From: Glycera tridactyla | Taxonomy: Eukaryota | DNA: 64,000 nt | Direction of reading: 5' to 3' | NCBI GenBank assembly: GCA_965644265.1 | Contig: OZ286475.1 | Location: 72,974,001-73,038,000, forward strand | Shown: positions 52,001 to 59,335 of the stretch, in pieces | Position numbering within the stretch: the stretch's first letter is position 1 | Layout of the letters: each line of letters starts with the position of its first letter | Notes under the pieces: generated by a model | Told to the model about the DNA's origin: nothing | Seen by the model: the letters and a program-made list of their open reading frames with translations, nothing else | Databases searched by the model: none | Translations under genes and position numbers: made by a program

Positions 52001-54040
52001 CTGCTGTTCCCGCGAAGGTTCAAAAGGAGTGTGCGCATGCCATGTAAGGTTGCGGAACAGGACTGTGGTGACACGACCCCGGTCCTCCACATCCATCATG
52101 CAGACTCGCGCATTAAGTCTCAACCTGCAAGCAGATCATAGACGGAAGGAATGAGGCAAATTTGGTGTCTGCTATACCCACTCTTTTGGATTCAATTGGC
52201 AATTCTTCAGGCTTTTCGAGCTTAATCAGAGTCAAATGCACATATACAATTCATTATCGGTGTGGCAAAACTAGGATTAACCCCTCCCGCGTGTACAGGG
52301 TCGGCAACACCACGTTCTCCGCCCGCATTACCATCCTCTGCCCCGCGGGCCTCGGACAGTGCTTGTGCGTCAGACGTGGTAGTGACGACCCTGTACAGGT
52401 CGTTGTGGATAATCATTAAGATCAGCTTGAGTATTCTTGTCATGAACTGAATCTCCTTAACCAGCTTTATCCTGCTTGATAGGTTTAGAAACACATTTAC
52501 AATGGAACATACAACTTACACAAGATATTACTTCACATTGACATCTTCAAACCTGGCTTCGAGTATGAAGTGAGAATTTATGCAGATTTACAAACACAAA
52601 TGGTGGCTTATCTCAACAGTCTCAAATTCAGCTTCTCCTTTCTTTCCAGTAAGGACAATAGGTGGCAATGCTCCAGAGGGCAGCAATTGTTTCTTTCCAT
52701 TCATATACGAGGGGCAAACATATGAAACTTGCACTGACGAGGGACGTGGCCAACCCTGGTGCTCTGTAGAAGAGAACTACCAAGACAACCAGCTCTGGGG
52801 CTACTGTCAAGGTGAGTGATCCTTGCAATGTTCTTTATAGAAGTCAATATTGATAGGTAAAATCACAAGATATAAAAAAGATGTCAAAAATGACAAAAGG
52901 TCTAAACTCAATACATTATCTACGAGTTTGAAATGATTTTGAATGAAATTTTGTGGTTGTTCTGATACAAAGAGGATCAATATCCATCAATTTCAACTTG
53001 AATCAAAGCTCATGCCTTTTCACTTTTCATATCACCTGGAATTAGATGTCATTATGATTATCCCGAAAGATCCCAATATTGCAATTTCCGGTTCACGAAT
53101 CGGACCAGAATAGGCTCATCACCAACATCCATAGTATCAGGAGTGAAACTGGTAGTAGTGGTGGTGATGGTAGTAGTAGTGGTGGTGATAGCAGTAATCG
53201 TGGCAGTAGTAGTAGAAAATTAGTAGTGATGATAGTGGTGCATATGTGGTAGTAGTAGTAGTAGTAATAGTAGTAGTCGTAGTAGCAGTAGTAGTAGGAG
53301 TATTAGTCGAAATATCAACGTTTTACCAGTAGAAGCATTAGTAAGAGTATTACCTATATTATTGGTGATAATGAAATGATTGTCTGCATTTCCAGTCTAC
53401 TGTGGGATGCTGCCACAATGCCCCGGTGAGTATGTGTTTCAGTGTCAGAAAATAAATTCCTCAACTTTTTTACTCCTCTATCATAGCCATATCCAGCTGG
53501 ACCACTGCTTCATAAACTGATATGACCCATGACAATTGTGAATGTCGATAGCGGGACGTAGACAGCCCATTCAGATGTCATATACTCGTTTCCATTGGCA
53601 ACCAATGAACTATCTATTGAAGTGCCTTACCAATTAATTAGACCTTGATTTTCAATACTGTCTACCTTGAAATGTTTCATGTCCCATTCTGTTTGTGATT
53701 AACTGACCCATTCCTCAGTGAGTGCATCACACAATTGCTTGAATTTACATGTTGCATGCTTGGTTCCATGATGTGGATATCTTGCTAGATGATTCAACCA
53801 GCGATATCTGCAATGTTCCATATTCCATTTTCTCCATATTCATATCCAGCAACATAATCGTTTTCCATGCTTTTTCAGTACCAACTACAGGTGGTAATAG
53901 CGGAGGGCAGCCATGCGTGTTTCCTTTCTTGTACAATGGGATTTATCACAACTACTGTACAACAGGAGGACCCAGTCCCACCCCCTGGTGTGGAACCACA
54001 GCCGACTTTGACACTGATGGAGCGTGGGCTTACTGCATAA
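2436..54040 (+). CDS. Multi-exon gene for a large secreted FN2-repeat protein (>=22 FN2 domains, 40 coding exons seen, 3' incomplete)
   Basis: Manually spliced model. All exons have AG/GT boundaries. Every exon after the first is phase 1-1 with length divisible by 3, and the junction codons contain no stops. Each domain has the FN2 motif C-x-FPF-x-Y/H-x-G-x2-Y-x2-C...WC-x-T...W-x-Y/N-C. Summed coding length is 4426 nt. Confidence 0.85.
3132..3158 (+). CDS. Linker micro-exon (VDAAPPECP)
   Basis: ttgtttcag|tcgat...ccag|gtgagt, 27 nt; shares the P-x-C-P ending of the other pre-A linkers. Confidence 0.72.
4180..4810. repeat. (GT)n followed by (ACCC/ACCT)n microsatellite tract
   Basis: Direct reading. 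Confidence 0.95.
5290..5439 (+). CDS. FN2 exon A1
   Basis: tttttcag|...atca|gtaagg, 150 nt; [17 protein letters not shown]...[18 protein letters not shown]. Confidence 0.9.
5450..5990. repeat. (CAT/CAC/CGC)n trinucleotide tract in the A1-B1 intron
   Basis: Direct reading; source of spurious poly-His/Thr/Pro ORFs. Confidence 0.95.
6069..6242 (+). CDS. FN2 exon B1
   Basis: tttcag|...cagg|gtgagt, 174 nt; [13 protein letters not shown]...[24 protein letters not shown]. Confidence 0.9.
6282..6476 (+). repeat. DIRS left inverted terminal repeat
   Basis: ggatctatctcaccctttc...atgcaacctccctattgcatagt...cccctgatctgtgtattc is the reverse complement of 15653-15770 and 17483-17552. Confidence 0.88.
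6787..7190. repeat. ~150-bp tandem repeat (x~2.7) in the DIRS 5' region; two more units at ~11278-11530
   Basis: tgctgtggtgaaatggctct...gaaatgactcgaatcgggtctgtgattttcatatgatacatg recurs at 6787, 6935, 7087. Confidence 0.85.
7363..9600 (+). pseudogene. DIRS gag-like ORF1 remnant (broken by stops/frameshifts)
   Basis: N-terminal Cys cluster (C-G-Y-S-M...[12 protein letters not shown]...CDIC), a long low-complexity Ser/acidic region and an RG-rich end, in the ORF1 position upstream of RT. Confidence 0.65.
9600..10691 (+). pseudogene. DIRS reverse transcriptase / RNase H remnant
   Basis: [16 protein letters not shown]...FKMET...[12 protein letters not shown]...YQFRALPF...HFHLDNLLI are DIRS-like RT motifs; frameshifted and truncated at ~10690. 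Confidence 0.85.
11561..14196 (+). mobile_element. 5'-truncated I-superfamily (Nimb-like) non-LTR retrotransposon with RT, RNase H, C-terminal Cys/His motif and 3'UTR ending in (AATC)n
   Basis: [41 protein letters not shown]; FTDGS...AEV...FSDS...GNEAAD RNase H; [12 protein letters not shown]...CQC...HILLEC. Stop at 12677 and frameshifts present. Tail gttgaaaggacgttaaaccaaaatcaatcaatcaat. Confidence 0.88.
14197..15400 (+). pseudogene. DIRS methyltransferase-like C-terminus plus overlapping tyrosine recombinase remnant
   Basis: [14 protein letters not shown]...LTAWCLSG; then [11 protein letters not shown]...TIRGYKNAL...ERP...VPLWN...[12 protein letters not shown] and HEIRAM, typical DIRS YR motifs, with stops. 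Confidence 0.8.
15568..15615 (+). repeat. DIRS internal complementary region (ICR)
   Basis: gtgctaaatttgagggagaaagggtgagatagatcc-ccccaggtttatttattcc. The first part is complementary to the left terminus (6282-6320) and the second to the right extension gaataaataaacctgggg (17561-17580). Confidence 0.85.
15771..17482 (-). mobile_element. 5'-truncated CR1/L2-group LINE inserted inside the DIRS right ITR
   Basis: Minus-strand WIRSYL...[13 protein letters not shown]...LYADDT...LNIGKTK and YLGVLLD...LDYCD. The 3' end has AATAAA and a (GAATT)n/A tail at ~15771-15800. It splits the ITR exactly. Confidence 0.85.
17588..18618 (+). repeat. 93-bp minisatellite (11 copies) derived from the 3' end of exon B1 plus donor and intron start
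   Basis: The unit ...cggataccacctccgactggggctactgcttactccagg|gtaagtagtatagtgtgg... matches 6200-6281; tctcac recurs every 93 nt from 17588 to 18611. Confidence 0.93.
19192..19224 (+). CDS. Linker micro-exon ([11 protein letters not shown])
   Basis: ccttttcag|gtgttt...gatt|gtgagt, 33 nt; paralogous to 25525 and 31030. Confidence 0.78.
19800..20010. repeat. (GAT)n/(GAG)n/(CAG)n tract
   Basis: Direct reading. Confidence 0.95.
23095..23127 (+). CDS. Linker micro-exon ([10 protein letters not shown])
   Basis: ttttgtag|atgat...ccag|gtatgt, 33 nt; C-x2-P-x-C-P. Confidence 0.75.
23770..23931 (+). CDS. FN2 exon A2
   Basis: ccttttcag|...atca|gtaagt, 162 nt. Confidence 0.9.
24784..24957 (+). CDS. 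FN2 exon B2
   Basis: gtttcacag|tctac...gatg|gtgagt, 174 nt; not listed in the ORF track because it lacks an upstream start codon. Confidence 0.9.
25525..25554 (+). CDS. Linker micro-exon ([10 protein letters not shown])
   Basis: ttattttag|gtgtct...gatg|gtgagt, 30 nt. Confidence 0.8.
26256..26288 (+). CDS. Linker micro-exon ([11 protein letters not shown])
   Basis: ttgttacag|atgag...ccag|gtaaga, 33 nt. Confidence 0.8.
27196..27357 (+). CDS. FN2 exon A3
   Basis: gttttcag|...atag|gtaagt, 162 nt. Confidence 0.9.
28331..28504 (+). CDS. FN2 exon B3
   Basis: tttttcag|...gacg|gtgagt, 174 nt. Confidence 0.9.
28585..30720 (+). repeat. ~180-188-bp tandem array (12 copies) of the exon-B 3' half plus donor plus intron
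   Basis: Each unit contains ggtatcttctgg...gactgg(a/g)gatactgccagctggatg|gtgagt. Confidence 0.93.
31030..31059 (+). CDS. Linker micro-exon ([10 protein letters not shown])
   Basis: ccccttcag|gtgtct...gatg|gtaagt, 30 nt. Confidence 0.8.
31714..31746 (+). CDS. Linker micro-exon ([11 protein letters not shown])
   Basis: ttttctccag|gtgag...ccag|gtaaga, 33 nt. Confidence 0.8.
31806..32220 (+). mobile_element. Severely 5'-truncated Nimb-like LINE end (last ORF codons plus 3'UTR)
   Basis: 31806-31862 reads [18 protein letters not shown], paralleling [14 protein letters not shown] at 13809. The following ~360 nt aligns by eye with 13810-14196, including the (AATC)n tail. Confidence 0.75.
33017..33178 (+). 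CDS. FN2 exon A4
   Basis: cttttcag|...atag|gtgagt, 162 nt. Confidence 0.9.
33224..33969. mobile_element. Probable Helentron-associated non-autonomous element (DINE-1/HINE-like)
   Basis: Begins aacaagagcgc and has subterminal inverted repeats (gtgctctccg 33248 / cggagatcac 33955). Also a terminal hairpin gtgatctcc-aac-ggagatcac followed by A5, an internal (GA)-rich microsatellite, and higher CpG than its flanks. Confidence 0.55.
34414..34587 (+). CDS. FN2 exon B4
   Basis: tttttgtag|...gatg|gtgagt, 174 nt. Confidence 0.9.
35576..35650 (+). CDS. Thr-rich linker exon ([25 protein letters not shown])
   Basis: tactgcag|gtgtg...tatg|gtacgt, 75 nt. Confidence 0.8.
36287..36459. mobile_element. Tc1/mariner-pogo-type MITE
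   Basis: Imperfect TIRs tagagccaaacctg...caggttcaactgta with TA ends and internal aagaccacct repeats. Confidence 0.6.
36564..36725 (+). CDS. FN2 exon C1
   Basis: gattttag|...caga|gtgagt, 162 nt; [21 protein letters not shown]...[18 protein letters not shown]. Confidence 0.9.
37135..37164 (+). CDS. Linker micro-exon (YCGTLPACP)
   Basis: ctttacag|tttac...cctg|gtgagt, 30 nt. Confidence 0.8.
37630..37791 (+). CDS. FN2 exon A5
   Basis: cttttcag|...ataa|gtatgt, 162 nt. Confidence 0.9.
38709..38882 (+). CDS. FN2 exon B5
   Basis: tattttag|...gatg|gtgggt, 174 nt. Confidence 0.88.
39646..39717 (+). CDS. Thr-rich linker exon ([24 protein letters not shown])
   Basis: cattgcag|...tatg|gtcagt, 72 nt. 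Confidence 0.82.
40207..40368 (+). CDS. FN2 exon C2
   Basis: ttttcag|...cgag|gtgagt, 162 nt. Confidence 0.9.
41177..41206 (+). CDS. Linker micro-exon (YCGMLPQCP)
   Basis: tgcatttacag|...cctg|gtgagt, 30 nt. Confidence 0.82.
41561..41722 (+). CDS. FN2 exon A6
   Basis: gccttttcag|...ataa|gtatgt, 162 nt. Confidence 0.9.
   Translation, partial: YQPQVEIVKGSHACFHSCTMGFTTTTAQQEDPVPPPGVEPHPTLMLMDSGLTA
42646..42819 (+). CDS. FN2 exon B6
   Basis: attttag|...gatg|gtgggt, 174 nt. Confidence 0.88.
43548..43619 (+). CDS. Thr-rich linker exon
   Basis: cattgcag|...tacg|gtcagt, 72 nt. Confidence 0.82.
44062..44223 (+). CDS. FN2 exon C3
   Basis: cttttcag|...caag|gtgagt, 162 nt. Confidence 0.9.
45040..45069 (+). 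CDS. Linker micro-exon (YCGMLPQCP)
   Basis: tgcatttacag|...cctg|gtgagt, 30 nt. Confidence 0.82.
45421..45582 (+). CDS. FN2 exon A7
   Basis: gccttttcag|...ataa|gtatgt, 162 nt. Confidence 0.9.
   Translation, partial: YQPQVVIVEGSHACFHSCTMGFTTTTVQQEDPVPPPGVEPHPTLMLMDSGLTA
46468..46641 (+). CDS. FN2 exon B7
   Basis: attttag|...gatg|gtgggt, 174 nt. Confidence 0.88.
47354..47425 (+). CDS. Thr-rich linker exon ([24 protein letters not shown])
   Basis: tattgcag|...tatg|gtcagt, 72 nt. Confidence 0.82.
47937..48475. repeat. ~170-178-bp tandem repeat (x~3.2) abutting the C4 acceptor
   Basis: cagtgtttgtttactcgtcatctt recurs at ~47937, 48104, 48282, 48451. Confidence 0.85.
48491..48652 (+). CDS. FN2 exon C4
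   Basis: gttttcag|...caag|gtgagt, 162 nt. Confidence 0.9.
49272..49301 (+). CDS. Linker micro-exon (YCGLLPKCP)
   Basis: atttgcag|...cccg|gtgagt, 30 nt. Confidence 0.82.
50025..50186 (+). CDS. FN2 exon A8
   Basis: ttttttcag|...atta|gtatgt, 162 nt. Confidence 0.9.
50695..50882 (-). mobile_element. tRNA-derived SINE
   Basis: Minus strand ggggcctgccttggtggctcagtggtagc (A box)...ggtttaatcccc (B-box-like), short body, T-rich tail; absent from paralogous introns. Confidence 0.7.
51039..51212 (+). CDS. FN2 exon B8
   Basis: catttcag|...gatg|gtgggt, 174 nt. Confidence 0.88.
51669..51740 (+). CDS. Thr-rich linker exon
   Basis: tattgcag|...tatg|gtcagt, 72 nt. Confidence 0.82.
52650..52811 (+). CDS. 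FN2 exon C5
   Basis: tctttccag|...caag|gtgagt, 162 nt. Confidence 0.9.
53396..53425 (+). CDS. Linker micro-exon (YCGMLPQCP)
   Basis: tgcatttccag|...cccg|gtgagt, 30 nt. Confidence 0.82.
53879..54040 (+). CDS. FN2 exon A9 (last exon found)
   Basis: tttttcag|...ataa|gtatgt, 162 nt. Confidence 0.9.
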   Translation, partial: YQLQVVIAEGSHACFLSCTMGFITTTVQQEDPVPPPGVEPQPTLTLMERGLTA

Positions 54041-57000
54041 GTATGTATCACAGCATAGCTCGCTTGACCCCAATCAAACATGTTGACGGAATTCTATTTC
54101 ACCGGAATTCTACATTCTACCAGATGGACTTTCCATATATGCATCCACTATCTAAGCTTTGGGATGCATATTAAAAGTGGACCTACTCTATACTGTGGTT
54201 CTGGGCAGCTTAGATGCAGTCATTAAGTTTGCCGGTGGAGAGACCAGCTGACAGGTCATTAATCACCTCTCAGCTCTAAAATGTGTCCTGGAGCCTTATC
54301 TCCACACCAGATGTGCCAACTTAGTCACCAAGTACATCAACACTAATGAGAGTTCATCCAGGGTAAATCCTATTGGGGTCATTGGCTTAGTTTGCCCTCT
54401 AGGTCAGGTTCAGTCTTGAAGTGAGCTTTGCTGGTGCTGGTGGATATTCACATCTGTGTGACTATTTGAGTGCTAACTACAAAGTGTTTGAAGGATGGAT
54501 TAATTTCAAACTAATCTCACTGATTTGGATAGGTACTGAACTTGGACTGTACCGGTTGGGTATTATGATTATTTTTTTTCATGGCCAATAATCACTCTCA
54601 AAGTAGGCCCATCCATGTATCAAAGATGCTTTTCCTGGTGTTGGTTGTCGATACGTCTACGAATCCTCTCTCGCTATGTAGGGAGACTTCACATACGCAC
54701 TGGCTTGGCATCAGTGAGAATACAAGGTTATAGTGATACCTTCACCATAACCCCACCAAGGCAATCTCTGACATCTAAACGTTGTACCGGGACCTTTTCG
54801 TTGGGAGCCCTTGATGTGTAGAGTACATGCAGTACAGATGAGAGACAAGTAGAATTCCAGTCATCGGCTTTATTCCTCCAACCAATACTACATGGTTACA
54901 GCATGGCTTTGAGGAGGGTTGAGGAGCGCGATCAAGATCCCAACAGCAAACGACCAGCTGCTGACAAATGCCCAGTGGTGATCTGCTGCTCAACTCTCCT
55001 TCACACATATTTATAGGATGGTTTAGCAGCCACCTGACATTACAAAAGTACCTATAATTGGATATTACCTAACCATAATCCGCCGTTGGAGGGCGCTAGC
55101 AACCTGTGTTTCACAACCACATTCCAACATGGCAACCGGAAACGTTCATAATACGTCGCGGTTATTGCACAATTTTCTCGTGGTTGTTGTCCTAGCTTCT
55201 GTGTTAGATAACCCTGATTAATGTGTTTTAAACTGTCAAGTCGGGCCATTCTGGGATTCCCCGACGTCTGGTGAACTCTTCACACCATGACAGGTTTCAG
55301 TACACAATCCTAGTCTGCTCAATTCATTTTCCAGTGAGTTCACCATAATATCCAGCTAGGATCGTATAATTTTCAGTAGGGTTCATGTGAACACCATAAT
55401 TTTCGCTGACATATTACATCTCTTCTCAGGTTGCTAACGTCCTCGTAGTACATCATAAGATCTTATACATTCATGGGAAAACAAGTGCTTGCATTCATGA
55501 ACCTCTGAGACTACCCAGGACCTGGGCACCGCCTGGAAAACAACCAAAAACCAATTAACCTAGTGGGTTCCAACCGCAGGAGGATCCTCAAAATTTTGAT
55601 GTTACAAATTTCTGGCAGATTCCCGGCTCAGCCCAACCATCCTTGGAACTTCTCCAGTTTCACAAATTTGCTTGGCATGGGATTCCCATGCCGTTTCCCA
55701 TGCTGATGGCATGGGCGATATTTCTTTCTTTCAACAATTATAGGTAAGACGGCCTGAAAACGCCACGACAGTGGTGGTGACGAAAGTTGGAATAATTATT
55801 TCTTATTTTTTCCACTAGCAGTGCTGCGTTTTAGATACACCTCACAACATCTCTGTTTTAACTAGACGAGGCTGGAACTTTTTGATTAGTTTCATGTGAT
55901 GGACTCTCAGTTGTTGACGGTCTTATCAGCAGGCGGCCTCCACACCCCCTGGTGACCTGAATTCAACCCAACCGGTGCCACATCGGCGTGGTTAGCTGAT
56001 TATCCACAAAATGCCCCAATGTGCCACAGTTCTGCCAGAATTCTGTCAGACAACACCAGAAAACTAAAACAAAAATCAAGTCCACCGTCTTCACTTCCAG
56101 CCAACGTATAGAAAAAGGCGGAATCAAGTCCGACCCAGATCACTGCTATTTTCAGATTAACCGCCTTCACTCCTAACATCACATGGACGCCTTTGCTGAG
56201 ATATTCATCTCTTATACTATTCTAAACCAAAACATGAGAATCACTACACAATCCGACCATGTTACTAGAATATTGAATTTATCATCGTAGACTACGACCC
56301 ACGTTTCATAATCGGCGGTCATGAGAGATCAGAAATCCGACCCAAAGGTCCCATTCAGATTCAAATTCAAATTCTAAAACATTGGAACAGGTCGATATTG
56401 TTTCCAAAACAATGACCGGTCATTAATGCAAGCAACCGACAACAAATCCAATGATTTCCCCATAGAGAAACAATCAAGGGAGGGAAACAGTCCTCAAAGA
56501 GGCCAAGAGTGGGTGAAAGTAGAGCGATAGAAAAGGGATAAAGAAGATAAAGAAGCAGTTCAAGAAGACATTTCAACACGGCGCAGATACAATAAGTGAT
56601 AATTCACCTCTCACAGGCAGCCATTCACCACTTATCCAATACCAACTATCGCAGAATCGATGAGGAACAATTCACTATACACAGATAGCCATTCGTTCCC
56701 TTGTGTAATCCTGCCTCCTCCACTAATCAGACCACCTAAATCTGCGCGTACTCCACCACACATACTCTATACAACATTGAATATGACCATCCAGTCAAAA
56801 ATCCACACATATTCTCATTCACCTTCACGTTCAGCAGCATTCACACCCTTATGTATGGGCTATTATCATCGATATGAGGAATATTAACCTCCATTGGCAT
56901 TTAAATGTCTGTTTAGCCCATATATTGTGATTGGTGGAATATAGTCCCATCATAACGATGAATAATGTCGAAAATGAGGTAAGGCAGCATATATGTACAT

Positions 57001-57977
57001 CGTCCATCAGGCTCATGACATATAAATCCCTACCTTAATCATGTTATTTTTATCATAAAAAAATAATAATAAAACTTGTCATGTAACCTGGTTCGCTGCC
57101 AAATCGCATATTGAGAATGGGGGTATCCATATCAATCCATATCGTCGTTCCATGATGCACAGTCGTGATATGCCCACCGGCTCGAGCTCAGAGATCCATA
57201 TATCGTATCCATTTCATCGTTAGCAGAAAACGATCTCTGAAACTCAAGCAAATAAACACACCAGTTAATAACTGTACAACATCATATTTTCAACATTTCA
57301 ATCATAAATCAATCCCAACCCTCCCCATCCTAACAGCTGTCAATATCTTTACATTTTTACAGCCAATAAATGTGATTATCCTGTGATTAGATGCGATTAC
57401 GATGCGATTGATGCGATTAAAATGCGATTAACCATACATTTCCCCCACATTGAAAAATAACAGACAGACAAGACAGAACATACAATTTAGGGACTGAGTT
57501 GAACCATGGAAGATGGAATAAGGCAGAAATTCATTCAAAACCCTATCCTTGCATTTTGCAGGGTAGCCCCCTAACAAAACCCCATTTAGTCCGACACCCA
57601 GGGTGCCCTAGACATCACATTTTCCTAATAGAATTATACTAGCAACACACACAAAACCCAGCACAATTCTATATAGGGATGTGCTGTAATCTACAAATTA
57701 TAGAAGAAAGGTCGTCTGTTCTAAAATTATAAGACCACCTTGACAAGACCGTACAGGCGCTCCCCAGAAATAAAACCTTTACACTAGGACCGCGCCCCTG
57801 GAACTTTCTGACACTCAATACAACCAGAGTCATTTATAACATACAATCGTCACGTGTAGTACAACAATAACACTACAAGTCTAGACTCATTTATTTTCAG
57901 GACCGCGTCTCTTCTTCGCCACCTCCCTTAGACGCCATTCAGAGTGATTAGGCTGCCCAAGGCAATAACTCCACATT

Positions 57978-58712
57978 TTAACCCATTTCAGTAGTAGGTG
58001 ACAGTTGACTCCCCTGTATTTCGGTATAGTCCCCTTCGTCCATTGGAGGTGCGGACTCCCTTGGAACTTCCCCATCCCCAGCAGGTAGTTCCCTCAAGTC
58101 CGGATACACAGCAGGTGCAGCAGTGGACATCTCCCAGGTCTGCTTGCACTGCCATCCATCACAGGTGGGGAGACAGATTTTATGGATAAGATAGATCTTC
58201 CCCGAAGATTCCAGTTTGAACACAACCGAGAATTTTCCTTGCAGAATTTTCTTCGCCAAGTATTTCTGCCAGGGACAGAGAAACAGCGCCCCTGGGGGCG
58301 TGAATACAGTACGGCCCATCCTGTTTCCAACAACCATCCCTCTCCAGTATACTTCCAAAGTACCCCAGCAGTATTGGTCCACTATGTTATATGGACCAGG
58401 GCTACCCAGGCCCTTCAAGTGGTAGTTTGCCAGGGCTCCAGGCAATTTCATGATAAACACATCCACCTTGTCCACCAGATTTCCCAGCTCCAGGTACAAT
58501 GCACACCTTGTCCTGAACCTGTTCACATAGATTTGCCTGATAATAAAGGACAGAACTACCAGCAATCCCAGTATTGATGCTAAGGCCAGCATAATGATTG
58601 ATGGTGCTGATCTGTCCATCCAGCACTCCCTCCGCTGCACTTCAGGTGGAGGCATTGCATTTGCAGGCGTAGGGTTAACGCTGACACCCTTGCCACCCAT
58701 GCCTTCCAGCAC
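57978..58712 (-). pseudogene. Second membrane-anchored segment of the env-like gene, out of frame with the upstream part (copy 60906-61641 carries an extra frameshift)
   Basis: TM IIMLALASILGLLVVLSFII followed by the LYLELGN...LEVYW...LPPG/W...KIL domain; overlaps the end of 58580-59335. Confidence 0.5.
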
Positions 58713-59335
58713 TCATTCGGTGAGGTTGGCCCCACAAGGGCATAGGTCATGGGCATTGCTGCTGCGAGCCCATAGGCCCGGACCATGTTTGCAAGCAATC
58801 TGTGTGACCTCCTCATGTATAGCATCATACTCAGTGATGCTGCAGCAATTAGCAAGCTGATCACTGACAACACATTAGCCAAAGTGAAAAAGTCGTCAGC
58901 ATTGTCAAAATTCCAGGTGCTGGCAGGTAACTCCTTGATTGGATGCACTTCCAATCCTTCTTTTGCTTGTTTCATGACAGAAGCTAACTTCATGGAGTAG
59001 TCATAATCTCTGTTGAGATTGATATCAAAATCCTTGCTGACCTCTATCTCTGGCATAGCAGGTAGCCATTTCTCCTTGAACAGAGTACTCCCTGATATCT
59101 TGTCAATTTCCTCAGGTTTATAGATCATAGCCATCGCCGCCAAGTTGATGGGATGATCAACAACAAACTCCTGAGAAGCAGGGAGACAGTTAGTAATGCG
59201 AGGGGGTAGGGCTGCGGTAGATATAGGGTTAGAAATATGGATAGAGCACCCACACTGTAGCTCAATCTGACAATACACACACCCCGGCCTCTTCTTTGGC
59301 AATTGCTGGTTGCATTGAATCATTATGGTTTCCAA
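58580..59335 (-). pseudogene. Env-like glycoprotein C-terminal fragment (copy at 61509-62264)
   Basis: Cys cluster PGCVYCQIELQCGCSI...LPPRITNC...HPINL, a helical segment and TM FTLANVLSVISLLIAAASLSMMLY. It resembles, from memory, env-like proteins of invertebrate Ty3/gypsy elements. Its N-terminus is cut at the unit junction. Confidence 0.55.

Noticed and set aside
54194-55039. Possible separate LTR (TG...CA with TATA and AATAAA on the minus strand)
   Set aside because: Host-intron homology extends past the putative start, and there is no PPT or matching TSD (atac vs ttac).
56367-57386. Short ORFs inside the LTR portion (70-81 aa, repeated three times)
   Set aside because: They recur only because the DNA is triplicated; no recognisable motif.
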